A DNA stretch of 64,000 nt from a virus (taxonomy: Duplodnaviria > Caudoviricetes), in the IMG/VR virus record IMGVR_UViG_3300033067_001757, positions 1-64,000 of that record, one strand, 5' to 3'. The position numbers were made by a program, and so were the translations under genes. Shown piece by piece: positions 46,220 to 56,347 of this stretch. The stretch's first letter is position 1, and every line of letters begins with the position of its first letter. A model generated the notes under the pieces. The model was not told the DNA's origin and made no database searches. It saw nothing but the letters and a program-made list of their open reading frames with translations.

Positions 46220-46742
46220 ATGATATTGTAAATTCTACGTTATAGGGATATGAGGATGTTGTTACCGTTCCACTATGATATTTATTGTCTTTCATTTCGA
46301 CCCGGTTCATTTGACTTATGATATCTTCACTCAATCTTTCACATATTTGTTCTTCAACTGAGATACCCCCATACCACTCTTCTCTCCTGTTCGTCGCTTT
46401 ATTAAAAGCTTTCAGTGTATCAGTCAGATATTTGGCCAGAATGAAATCCGGGGTATCACTATCATTCTCTTTGCTGTACTGATTGATGAGTGTGGTCAGT
46501 GCTTGTTTGAATGGTGGTCTTGGTTGAATGTCTTCCTCACATTTTTGTTCTTTGACTGATATAGTATTCAAAATATTCACACCTTCTTTCCAAAATCTAT
46601 CAATAGCTTTTTGACATTCTATTTCTACACCAGATTGTTTTTCCGGTAACGGTAAATACTTCTGATTGCAAAGACAATTAAGCAGATGCTCAAAGTTGCC
46701 CTTTGAAATAATAACGTCGTTTCCTTCAATTCTTCCTTTCAT
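46206..46742 (-). CDS. hypothetical protein
   Basis: 178 aa; LINQYSKENDSDTPDFILAKYL motif. Confidence 0.7.
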   Translation of the reverse strand: MKGRIEGNDVIISKGNFEHLLNCLCNQKYLPLPEKQSGVEIECQKAIDRFWKEGVNILNTISVKEQKCEEDIQPRPPFKQALTTLINQYSKENDSDTPDFILAKYLTDTLKAFNKATNRREEWYGGISVEEQICERLSEDIISQMNRVEMKDNKYHSGTVTTSSYPYNVEFTISYESK

Positions 46743-47029
46743 AATTATTCCTTTACAGTTTTAAGTTTAAACACTACCGGTATCTGTCCGCCGGTTACCA
46801 GGTCGTACTCTGGAAAATGTTTCGGTTTGATCTGTCTCAGTTCCATATTACCTGAAACCTTCATCAACATTTTACTATTGAATGGTGATTTGAAAGCATA
46901 ATCTGGAAGATCATAGTCTTCGTCCAATTCGTCATCGTGAAGCTTTATCATTTCGAGTGCGTACACGAAAGATCGATTTGGTTTACGACGTGATAATTGT
47001 TCTGTGAAATCTTGTATTGTGATCATAAA

Positions 47030-48493
47030 TTAATAGCTTATTGGATGTGATAAATATTTTAGGGACCTGGGCTCTATTTTACGAACTGTGTATCGTTCTC
47101 TTACTGATGTGTCTGATAGAATATCTTCGATGCTTTCCACTACGTTCTTACACATAGCTTCTTCACTCATCATTGATTCATCGGACATTACCCAGTCTCG
47201 TCCGGATTGCCCTCTGTTTTCACGTTGTTCTTGTGTCATAGAGTAAACTTCATATATCTTCACTGCGGCTTCTGAGAAACTTGCTCGGTCATCTGTGATA
47301 TATGGTGTTGGAACGCTTCCCTGAATGCTTATGTTGGAAGGGAATACAGGTAAGAACCATTCACCACACTTCCTGTATCGGCCCAAATGATTGGTTGAAA
47401 ACTTCTCGTTGAAGGTTATCCAGCGACCGTTATGATCTTCAAACCTGGCCTGGTCTTGTATACCACCGGTTACATTTCCTACAACGGGAGTTCCCGCCAT
47501 GATTGATTCTAATATACTGAGGCCAAACCCTTCATTGCTGCTTAAAAGTATCGTGGCGTCGAACATGTTGTATAAGAAATTCATGTACTCTACCGGAGCC
47601 CGTAGATCAGAGAAGATGATCTGGTCTTGTTTATCACCGAATAACATCTCCCGTACCGCATATAAATCGGTGCCGTTATCATCTACTGGTTGAGTATGCA
47701 GAACGAATGCACATCGTGCGGTCTGTTCCGGGGTCAGCATATCGAGAAACGTTTTAAAAGCAAGTAATGTATCGGGAATACTCTTGCGTCGAATGTTGCG
47801 GCTATTAAAGCCCAAAACAAAGTCATACTCTTTTCCCTTTAGTATATCGTGACGGAATTTTAGTAAGTCCGGATACTGAGGATGATTAGAGTTTATCGGA
47901 TAGAATTGGTTAGGGTTTACACCGTGTGGTATGTACCGGATATATTTAGAATCCGCGTACTTACCAAGCGCAATTTTTACCAAAGATTCAGTTTGACGGG
48001 AAATACATAACAGTCCATCACATGATCTGTAGGCCGGAGTATTGTATAATGGTGCCGGTTCATCATCCCAAATTGTAAGGTACACAAGCTTCACAGGATT
48101 ACGTCCAGGGCCACCAGTTCTCAATTCATGTTCCGATCTAAATAACCAATCGTAATACCTGGGATCAGTAATGAAGAATATTGCTTCTATCTTCTCATGT
48201 TTAACGATCTCTCTGACAAATTCTATATTACCATAACCGTTGAATGGGAACATAACCACGTTAGCATCTGTCATGTTCAATAACTTATTCGTATCACCAC
48301 ACATATCGAGTCGTTTACCGGCATCGGGATGGTTTACACCACCACCAATTATCGTCCAGTTAAATCTGTGTGCTGATCCTAATACGATAGTGCGACCCAT
48401 AAAGCCAACCCCCGTACTGAACCTTATATCGTCACATATAAGCAATACATTTTTCCTTTGCTCTTTTGGCAAATATCCTTCCTGTTGATTCAT
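47030..48493 (-). CDS. GT4-like (GT-B) glycosyltransferase
   Basis: RNIRRK, NEGFGLSILES, TGGIQDQ. Confidence 0.92.
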   Translation of the reverse strand: MNQQEGYLPKEQRKNVLLICDDIRFSTGVGFMGRTIVLGSAHRFNWTIIGGGVNHPDAGKRLDMCGDTNKLLNMTDANVVMFPFNGYGNIEFVREIVKHEKIEAIFFITDPRYYDWLFRSEHELRTGGPGRNPVKLVYLTIWDDEPAPLYNTPAYRSCDGLLCISRQTESLVKIALGKYADSKYIRYIPHGVNPNQFYPINSNHPQYPDLLKFRHDILKGKEYDFVLGFNSRNIRRKSIPDTLLAFKTFLDMLTPEQTARCAFVLHTQPVDDNGTDLYAVREMLFGDKQDQIIFSDLRAPVEYMNFLYNMFDATILLSSNEGFGLSILESIMAGTPVVGNVTGGIQDQARFEDHNGRWITFNEKFSTNHLGRYRKCGEWFLPVFPSNISIQGSVPTPYITDDRASFSEAAVKIYEVYSMTQEQRENRGQSGRDWVMSDESMMSEEAMCKNVVESIEDILSDTSVRERYTVRKIEPRSLKYLSHPISY

Positions 48494-48771
48494 ATATTTA
48501 TTCTATTGTGTCTGAGATTATTTCCTACTGAATATATTGTCAAGTATCAGATATATCCATACGACAATTAATCCGGTATTAACCAGTGGTGCCAGACATA
48601 TGATGTTGATCATTTTATCGGCGCTGATACCGGTACCTTCCATTGATTCCATAAACTCGATCTTCATTGCCGGGTTACTATTAAACCCGAGTTTAGTAAC
48701 ACCTTTGCATATTAATGCGCTTGCGAGATATATAAGTAGAAATATCATAACCTTTATTTTGTTGATAGATG

Positions 48772-48996
48772 TTATAGTGAGCCGCTGCTCATAAGTACGT
48801 TGTAGCCGAGTATCTGATCTCTGAAATCAGGGTTGTTTACGAACAGATGCATACTGCGATTTACCAATTGCTGTAACGTGAATTTTCGTATCAATGCATC
48901 CATTTTGAAATGTTCCTGGATATCTGGATGTAATTTTACGCTGGTGAGTCTAAGGTCTGAATTCATAATGATTATATATGTATATATAAATATCAT
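48772..48996 (-). CDS. ribbon-helix-helix-like small protein
   Basis: LTSVKL ... FTLQQLVNRSMHLF; probable start MNSD. Confidence 0.55.
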   Translation of the reverse strand: MIFIYTYIIIMNSDLRLTSVKLHPDIQEHFKMDALIRKFTLQQLVNRSMHLFVNNPDFRDQILGYNVLMSSGSL

Positions 48997-49017
48997 GATG
49001 GAGACTAAAACGATAAA

Positions 49018-49950
49018 TTATTTTCTCTTGTTACAGTTTACGGGGTCCAGATCGTATGGACAGAATTTACATACCTTACCAGGGTTCTTTGGATAATCTT
49101 TGTGGATTATTTTTCCATCCCATTCATGTGTAGCATGAATAAACTTTGTAAGCATGTTAGTAGCCTGAAGCATCTTATTCTTACCCTGAGCCGGTATGTG
49201 TGTATTGACTCTGGACTGTTTATATTGAGAGTTCTCCCATAGCTTCCTTTTCAGTATCATGAAAGATACTTCGATATCGTCTTCGGGTATATCAAACTGT
49301 TTGGACAGATATTTCTTGTATAAAAGACCCTGGGCCATCTTTACCTCATCTTTCTTTTGATAATCACCCCAACCCTTACCACTCGTTTTGAAATCGGGAA
49401 CACGTATGGTCTTGCTTACTTTATCCCGAAATGCTATGTCGATGAATCCTTTAAAATAAAATGTATCGTTACCTTCCAGCGCCGGTACCATCAATGGGAT
49501 TTCAATACCCAGCAGTTCTTCGTTTACATGGTCAAACAGATATTTTCTATTCTGCTTTATATACTTCATGATCTCACAACCATCCAGGTAGTATTCATTG
49601 AGTAACTCAGCAGTACTGAAGTCCTGGTTATCATTCTTTTCAAATTCAATATTGTAGTTGGCCAGCAAACGTTCCTTTAGGAATTCATATACTTTAAATT
49701 CCTCGGATGCTTTGACTGAATCGTTGAACAACAGTTCTAAATATTTCTGCAGAGTCTCATGCATAGCTGTGCCGAATACGGTATCGATTGTACTGGTAAA
49801 TGGAAAGAGTTCTTTACCATAAGTCAGGTACCATCTGTGTGGACACTGTTCATATACGCTAAGCTGAGTGAATGATATCTTCTTAGCTTTTTCGGGTGCT
49901 TCGCGTACAAAAGATTGAATATGCTGAGATAGACTTGAATGATTCTTCAT
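49018..49950 (-). CDS. PD-(D/E)XK nuclease (RecB/Cas4-like)
   Basis: SFTQL..YEQCP, FGTAMHE, GFID..PDFKT, Q..LY, CKFCPY..C. Confidence 0.9.
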   Translation of the reverse strand: MKNHSSLSQHIQSFVREAPEKAKKISFTQLSVYEQCPHRWYLTYGKELFPFTSTIDTVFGTAMHETLQKYLELLFNDSVKASEEFKVYEFLKERLLANYNIEFEKNDNQDFSTAELLNEYYLDGCEIMKYIKQNRKYLFDHVNEELLGIEIPLMVPALEGNDTFYFKGFIDIAFRDKVSKTIRVPDFKTSGKGWGDYQKKDEVKMAQGLLYKKYLSKQFDIPEDDIEVSFMILKRKLWENSQYKQSRVNTHIPAQGKNKMLQATNMLTKFIHATHEWDGKIIHKDYPKNPGKVCKFCPYDLDPVNCNKRK

Positions 49951-50209
49951 TATATGATTTTATCCTTCGGTGGATTGTTTACTTCGTTACGGATGATACT
50001 GGTGAGTTCTTTCTTTTGTTCGTAGGTAAATGAAGATTCTTCCTTGGGACGAAGACGTTTCAGTTGAAATAATATTACTATAACAAAGATCATCATTGAA
50101 TCTTCAAATCCTAAGAAATGAACGCATACCCAAAGTGTAAAAAAGCCTTGGATACAATCCCATATGAATGACCAGTCATCCCTGCGTATACCGAATATTT
50201 TTCTTCTCA

Positions 50210-50586
50210 TTAATAATCATTGTTAGAACCTATTTCCACGAAATCGACAGACTCGGAATAGTATCCATTTGATTCCCCCTAACCAGCGTATGGTAACATA
50301 GCCTTTAACAGTGGCCAGTTTATAAAATGTCCAGGTAAAACTGTCGCTATATTCATTTGGCTTATCAATACCATTAGTACTTTCTTCCGCCTGAGTTATC
50401 GGTGAACCAATCAAGTCTTGTAAGTCACCATCGATGTCTTCAATAGAAACAGATTCACAGCAATCTTGACTATGATACATTCGATATTGAACCCCCTGAC
50501 TGTAAAGTAAAAATCAGTTCATCATTATTAACCTTATCAATGTTTGTTATGATCTCATTTAAGAGAACGGAAATTTGTGTATTCAT
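50210..50586 (-). pseudogene. conserved phage protein with two apparent +1 G frameshifts
   Basis: [21 protein letters not shown]; the expected [10 protein letters not shown] and the N-terminus are each one frame off at G5 runs (about 50277 and 50494). Confidence 0.6.
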
Positions 50587-50790
50587 AAAATATGGATTAG
50601 TCAATTGAATTTAATATAGACTCAAGCTCACCGGACAACATATCGATCTTCATTAACAGATGATCACATTGCTGTGCAGCAGTTTCATCGTCGTAAACGT
50701 TAGTCGTTTCGATTAGTATAGATAACGCCTGCTCAGCTTGTTCAAGCTCTACCTGGCAGTCCTTCAGCCGTATGTTTATAGCATCATCAA

Positions 50791-51201
50791 TCATTTCATC
50801 AGTTTTTTGATTTCTTTCTCATTGTATCCATATGCTGATAGAATATTACTGATAGCATCGGGAGATAGAATGCTGCAATATTGAATTGCTTCACGTTGAG
50901 AAACAGAATAATGTTTGGAGATTATTGCGTGTAGATCCTGTCTGGCATCTTTCTTGCTCGCTTTGAGATACTGTGAGAAGTAGTTTCCTTTTGGAAGAAT
51001 ACTGAAGTAGATCGAATATAGTTGTTCAGGAGGAAGTTTAGAATGCTTCTGAACGTGATTAACCAACTCGATCCACTCCGGATTCATAGAAAGTATACGA
51101 TTAGTCATGTAAGGACTAAAAGACTTCCGTTCCGCAGGCGTAAAAGATGCCCATGGAATTTTGTGAGAAGTGAGACTTTTGACGAATTCAAAAGGACTCA
51201 T
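50791..51201 (-). CDS. clamp loader small subunit (T4 gp62-like)
   Basis: FSPYMTNRILSM, HYSVSQREAIQY; near the gp44-like gene. Confidence 0.75.
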   Translation of the reverse strand: MSPFEFVKSLTSHKIPWASFTPAERKSFSPYMTNRILSMNPEWIELVNHVQKHSKLPPEQLYSIYFSILPKGNYFSQYLKASKKDARQDLHAIISKHYSVSQREAIQYCSILSPDAISNILSAYGYNEKEIKKLMK

Positions 51202-51437
51202 TACTCGATTACCTCCGCGTAAGTTGTACGTAGTTCAATTGGTATGAACTCTGCGTTTACGTGGTTACATTTCAGACAGGGAAATACCGGTATTGGCATT
51301 AACCCGTCCTGGCTGTCGCCGGTAATGAACTTCGACACTTTACGAAGCAGTGCTGCTGATGTAAAAGTATCATTTCCACATTCTTCACACACTACTCCGG
51401 ATGTCTTGTCCAGAGGGACATTAATTTGCTGACTCAT
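51201..51437 (-). CDS. Zn-ribbon protein
   Basis: CEECG and CLKC motifs. Confidence 0.7.
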   Translation of the reverse strand: MSQQINVPLDKTSGVVCEECGNDTFTSAALLRKVSKFITGDSQDGLMPIPVFPCLKCNHVNAEFIPIELRTTYAEVIE

Positions 51438-51948
51438 GACCTTTATTGGTTTATTGGATTTTAAAAACGAGACCTTTATTTAACATGACCTTTATTGCTT
51501 AGCCTAACAGTTGCCTCGGTTGAGGTGAATTATATTCATGAATGACCTCTTTGGAACCACCCTTATTTAGTTTAGCGGTGATAACATCAGCGGCTTTCTT
51601 ATATGATGACTTTGGCTCTGAAATATTTACCCAGTTATCTCCTTCTCCTTTTTGAGCAAAATATTGTGACGGAGACTTAGGATATTGTTTTTCGAGTACG
51701 CGATATTCTGGCATAGGTATTAGTAATTAAATTCGTGAATGATGTCGGTTGGTGACACGCTGTAAAGGGCTATCTCCCGAGCAATATTCTTCTTCATAGC
51801 TTCTTCACAAGATTCTTTATTTTCGTATTCAGAATAGAGATATTTTCTCCATCCCTTATTAAAACGATTCTCATCAAGCTTCTCTGCTACAAATAATGGC
51901 TTTCCATTAAGATGTGTTTCTCTGATTCGGTATTTTTCTGCCATACAA

Positions 51949-52878
51949 TTACTTTATGATTTTTAATATTGATAATAAAAGACTTGCGACGTTTATTTCC
52001 CTATCAGGTACCGTAGGATGCCAGCGCTGGGCCTCTGCTATCGCAAGAACGATTTCTTCTGGCTTACCTTTGGAGTATTCGTCTACGCTATTGTAAAGAA
52101 AGCTGAACACACCTGAATAATCTGTATCACAATCAATCATTATCTGTCTCATCTTATTCCAGGCATCCTTGCCGGGGGACTTTAAAATCTCTAATAGAGA
52201 ACAAAGGTATGAAGTATTACTGAGATTATCAAATTTAAGTTCTATATTATTGGAACTATTTACAGATTCTTGTAGAACTAGCAGAGAGCTTCTGATGTCA
52301 GGATGGAATTTATTGACAACAGCAGTGATGTCTTTAGGGTCGAAGGTCACACCTTCCTTTTCAAGGATTGTAGCAAGCTGGATCTTGACATCTTTCTTTG
52401 ATGGTGGTAGTACTTCGAATGTACCGCTTTTACAGCGAGAACGCAATGGCTCAATAAGACGGTCCAGATGGTTGGTTGTAAATATGAAGCGAGTCTTGGC
52501 TGAGTATTGCTCTATTAACGGTAAAAGAGCATTTTGTGCATCAACAGTTAGATTCTGATTACAGTCATCATAGATGATTATTTTTAGCGGTGCGAAACCT
52601 GCTGCTGAAGCAAAATCTTTGATCTTAGTTCTTACTATTTCTATTCCGTTATCTGATGCAGCATTTAGATATAATGATTCACATCTTAAATTAGCAGCGA
52701 TCAGTTTAGCCAATGTTGTCTTACCAGTTCCTGTGGGGCCGTGTAGTATAATATTAGGAATATCGTTCTTTACAATGTATTTTTCAACCTGAGATTTTAT
52801 GATATCATTACCTATATAATTATCCAACCCAATCGGTCTATATTTTTCCACCCAAAGACTATTGTGATTATTGATCAT
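51949..52878 (-). CDS. clamp loader large subunit (T4 gp44/RFC-like)
   Basis: LWVEKYRP, GPTGTGKT, LRSRC. Confidence 0.95.
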   Translation of the reverse strand: MINNHNSLWVEKYRPIGLDNYIGNDIIKSQVEKYIVKNDIPNIILHGPTGTGKTTLAKLIAANLRCESLYLNAASDNGIEIVRTKIKDFASAAGFAPLKIIIYDDCNQNLTVDAQNALLPLIEQYSAKTRFIFTTNHLDRLIEPLRSRCKSGTFEVLPPSKKDVKIQLATILEKEGVTFDPKDITAVVNKFHPDIRSSLLVLQESVNSSNNIELKFDNLSNTSYLCSLLEILKSPGKDAWNKMRQIMIDCDTDYSGVFSFLYNSVDEYSKGKPEEIVLAIAEAQRWHPTVPDREINVASLLLSILKIIK

Positions 52879-52951
52879 TTTTTGTTTTTATAATATTGAA
52901 TAAGATTTTCAGCAGTATTATAACATTTTGGGTCTGTAATTTTATCTATCT

Positions 52952-53455
52952 TCAAAACTTGTACATCGGACATAACATCCGATTGATATTAATCTCCAGT
53001 TTCTTCATTGCCTTGATATATTTCTTACCGGCACCAGGTTGCAGATATCCAATCGTTAAATGTGGGTGATACGTAGGATAATCATTGGTATATGGTAATT
53101 CAGTCAACGCTTTGTTGACCTGTTTGAGCTCAGGTGATTTAATATCAAATTTCAGTACATCATAATCTTCCTTTTCGAATACTGAGATATTATATGCTTT
53201 GATCTTTGAGAAGGTGAATTTACTTATGATGTCTTTCACATCTGATACCGGTACACCATCATGGATACCGTACAGCAGTGTAATATGTGGATCCGTCTCC
53301 AGACCATACGTTTGATCTCCGGTCTCCTCATAAAGGTCCTCCGGAGCGATGACATCATGAATCTTCTTCATGACAGGAAATTTTACATTAAGTAGTACAC
53401 ATCCATATTCGTGTGTATCACTGTGTTTTTCAGTAAGAAGTCTTATCAGGCTCAT
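52952..53455 (-). CDS. 2H phosphoesterase (T4 gp57B/Acb1-like)
   Basis: PHITLLYG and YHPHLTIGY HxT motifs. Confidence 0.78.
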   Translation of the reverse strand: MSLIRLLTEKHSDTHEYGCVLLNVKFPVMKKIHDVIAPEDLYEETGDQTYGLETDPHITLLYGIHDGVPVSDVKDIISKFTFSKIKAYNISVFEKEDYDVLKFDIKSPELKQVNKALTELPYTNDYPTYHPHLTIGYLQPGAGKKYIKAMKKLEININRMLCPMYKF

Positions 53456-53667
53456 TTAATAATGTTTCAAGTTTAGCTTTGAGTGAATTGAAATCTATCT
53501 GAGGATAACCCTGGACGTTGAATACTTCAAATTCAATGCGGTCTACTGAATTGTCACGGAGTATTATATGGTTGTAACCTTTAACTGATTCTTGAACATA
53601 ATCATTATATCTAACCAGATATTCAGGCTCAATTACATGCGGAATCTCGTGACCAATATTGGTTTAC

Positions 53668-54006
53668 TCATAGACATATTTTCATGTAAAATTGAATGGC
53701 TTCATATTCCTTATTCTGTAGCCACTGGTTATATGATAGGTAACAGTCAGCACATCCATCGACATTATTAGCATAGTCATACCGGTACCGTTTCTCAGCT
53801 TCTTCGTGGTCGATCTCAAGTTTCACTTTAATGAATTTGGTCTTCTCCCATTCAGCGTCGAGTTCTTTGTTTTCCTGGTCCCGGTATTCACGTTCCTCAT
53901 CTGATATTGAATGGATAGGTGGTGTAGTGGTCAAAGGAATATATGGAGCATACACAAGTTCCGCTGGAACGCATTCTTGAAATAAATGTGCTTTCTTATA
54001 ATCCAT
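53668..54006 (-). CDS. hypothetical protein
   Basis: 112 aa ORF. Confidence 0.55.
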   Translation of the reverse strand: MDYKKAHLFQECVPAELVYAPYIPLTTTPPIHSISDEEREYRDQENKELDAEWEKTKFIKVKLEIDHEEAEKRYRYDYANNVDGCADCYLSYNQWLQNKEYEAIQFYMKICL

Positions 54007-54251
54007 ATTATTCCGATTTTATTTCATCAACAATCAAATAAGGTGGGAGGATGTCAACCTTACCATCATCAATCCAATGAAATCCATTGAATCGTAGATC
54101 AGGATACCTTTTTTTAACATGTAAAAAGAATCGTACTGATAAACATAGGTTTGCCAATATTGCATCTACATTGTTTTCATTGAGTATCTTATCTAAATCT
54201 TCAAATGAGTTTATATTGTATTCAGGAAAATCATTTTGTATTGGCATTATG

Positions 54252-55934
54252 TTACCATCCAAACTGTGACATATCATATTGCTCTGCAGCTTTGCTGTCT
54301 TCCTCAACTGGAAACACACATGAATCACTTGTAAGAAATACACCGGCCATACTTGCTGCATTTTCAATGGCTGTGCGAGTGACTTTGGTAGGATCGATAA
54401 CACCGTCTTTTAAGAGGTCGACGTATTGGGATGTCTTGACGTTGTATCCTTGCCATAATTGACCTTTATCATAGTCTGTGTCTGAACCTATTGTTCGTAT
54501 TCCACCCATATTAGATTGAATCTTGCTAAGTATCTCGTAATAGTTTTCTACGCCGGCATTCTTGAGTATTGTGATAAATGGAGAGTACAGTGCTTTCTTA
54601 ACGATCTCCATACCGAGTAACTCGTCACGATTGGTATAATCAGCCTCATTAAGAGCATCTATGCAATTTATGAGTGCCATACCTGCACCAGGAACGATAC
54701 CCTGTTCAATAGCCGCTTTGGTGGCATGGAGTGCATCGTCAACCCGGTCTTTCCGTTCGTTCATTTCTACCTCAGACAATCCACCCACTTTCACAATGGC
54801 TACACCACCGGTAAGCTTGGATAATCTGTCTTGCAGATTCTGTGTCTCAAAGTTTGACGCAGCGTTATCAATCTGCTTCTTAATCTCAAGCATCTTCGCT
54901 TCGATATCTTCTTTCTTTCCTTTACCGTCAACGATTGTTGTATCTGCGGCTGTAATGGTTGAAAGACGACATTCACCGAAATGGGTCTTCAACTCTTCCA
55001 CAGACATCTTCTCGAGCTTGTGACCTTTTGCATTACTGAGTACAGTGCCACCAGTTAACACAGCGATATCTTCCAGCAGCGCTGTCTTACGATCACCGAA
55101 GTCCGGTGCCTTTACAGCACATACTTTTACACTACCGCGTGATTTATTTACTACCAGGATACTCAGTACCTGGGATGAGAAATCTTCTGCGATAAGGAGT
55201 AATGGTTTATTCTGAGCATTTGAATATTGTAGTGCATTGATCACTTGTTTATCTATACCGAGTACTCCGTCATATATTAGTACGATAGTTTCGTGTAGCA
55301 CAGCTTCCATACGTTCATGATCTGTAACGAAATATGGTGATTTGAATCCACGATTGAATAATAGTCCTTCGACAATTTCCAGTTCATCCACACCTGATTT
55401 ACTAGTCTCAATAGAAACTACTCCATCATTACCAACTTTATCAAGCGCCCTGGATATAATCAAGCCGATGGATGGATCATTGTTACCTGAAATGGATGCA
55501 ACATGTTTGATCTCTTCTTCAGTTACATCGAGAGAAATCTCTTTCAATTTCTTCACGACTGCGGCTGCAGCTTTATCAATACCTCGCTTCACATCAGATG
55601 GGTTACTGCCGGCCTGAATAGACTTCAGTCCTTCTTCGATAATAGCTTTAGCGAGAACTACAGATGTAGTGGTACCATCACCTACCTTATCACCACTCTT
55701 TATGGAAACATTACGTACCAGGTCGCTACCGATCGACATAATCGGATCTTCCAGTTTATTGATACTCTTAGCCACTGTTACACCATCCTTGGTTATCTGG
55801 ATAGTATCATCGTCTTTACGGATGATCACTGTCTTACCGCTTGGCCCCAGCGTTGAGCTTACTGCGTCGCTTAATATTTTTACTCCTTCGAAAAGCTTAT
55901 TCTTTAGTGCTAATCCTGTCTGTGTTTTTATCAT
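54252..55934 (-). CDS. groEL: chaperonin GroEL
   Basis: TLGPSG, ITKDGVTVAK, GDGTTT, KAPDFGDR, GVIDPTKVTR. Confidence 0.97.
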   Translation of the reverse strand: MIKTQTGLALKNKLFEGVKILSDAVSSTLGPSGKTVIIRKDDDTIQITKDGVTVAKSINKLEDPIMSIGSDLVRNVSIKSGDKVGDGTTTSVVLAKAIIEEGLKSIQAGSNPSDVKRGIDKAAAAVVKKLKEISLDVTEEEIKHVASISGNNDPSIGLIISRALDKVGNDGVVSIETSKSGVDELEIVEGLLFNRGFKSPYFVTDHERMEAVLHETIVLIYDGVLGIDKQVINALQYSNAQNKPLLLIAEDFSSQVLSILVVNKSRGSVKVCAVKAPDFGDRKTALLEDIAVLTGGTVLSNAKGHKLEKMSVEELKTHFGECRLSTITAADTTIVDGKGKKEDIEAKMLEIKKQIDNAASNFETQNLQDRLSKLTGGVAIVKVGGLSEVEMNERKDRVDDALHATKAAIEQGIVPGAGMALINCIDALNEADYTNRDELLGMEIVKKALYSPFITILKNAGVENYYEILSKIQSNMGGIRTIGSDTDYDKGQLWQGYNVKTSQYVDLLKDGVIDPTKVTRTAIENAASMAGVFLTSDSCVFPVEEDSKAAEQYDMSQFGW

Positions 55935-55941
55935 CTTTTAA

Positions 55942-56265
55942 TTATTGTTTTTCTTCGGTTTCATCGTCTGTATACCCAGCTTCTAATTCCACTTCACGGC
56001 ATATACCGTATTCCTGACCGTCTATTTCTACTGTAGTAACAACGGCCTTCTTAACTGATACTATTTCTCCAACAGTACATTCCATTGGAATACGAGCCAT
56101 AGTGGGTGATAATTCGCTTACGCGGCCAGGGCCTACATCGATTACTTCGTATAAGTTGGACTTCTCTTTACCGGTATCCGGTATAATAATACCACCGTGT
56201 ATCTCTTCTTTGTCAACCGGTTTTAAAATGATTTTGTCGTGCTTTGCACGTAGCCTTTTAGCCAT
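55942..56265 (-). CDS. groES: co-chaperonin GroES
   Basis: GGIIIPDTGKEK mobile loop, VIDVGPG; adjacent to groEL. Confidence 0.93.
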   Translation of the reverse strand: MAKRLRAKHDKIILKPVDKEEIHGGIIIPDTGKEKSNLYEVIDVGPGRVSELSPTMARIPMECTVGEIVSVKKAVVTTVEIDGQEYGICREVELEAGYTDDETEEKQ

Positions 56266-56302
56266 AGAATAGGATATTGGATTTTAAATTATTGTAGAAC
56301 TG

Positions 56303-56334
56303 CAAAGGTATGCTAAGTTCTCTATATAAACAAA
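56303..56334 (-). promoter_or_regulatory. Bacteroidota sigma-A type promoter of groES-groEL
   Basis: TTTG-N20-TACCTTTG. Confidence 0.75.
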
Positions 56335-56347
56335 TTTAGTTTGTAGA

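Noticed and set aside
49018-49950. Cas4-like gene as part of a CRISPR system
   Set aside because: No repeat-spacer array or other cas genes were seen; stand-alone nucleases of this type are common in phages.
42780-53671. Frameshifts near 42825, 50277, 50494 and 53643 as programmed recoding
   Set aside because: Single-base indels, mostly in homopolymer runs, with no evident stimulatory structure; more likely sequencing error or decay.
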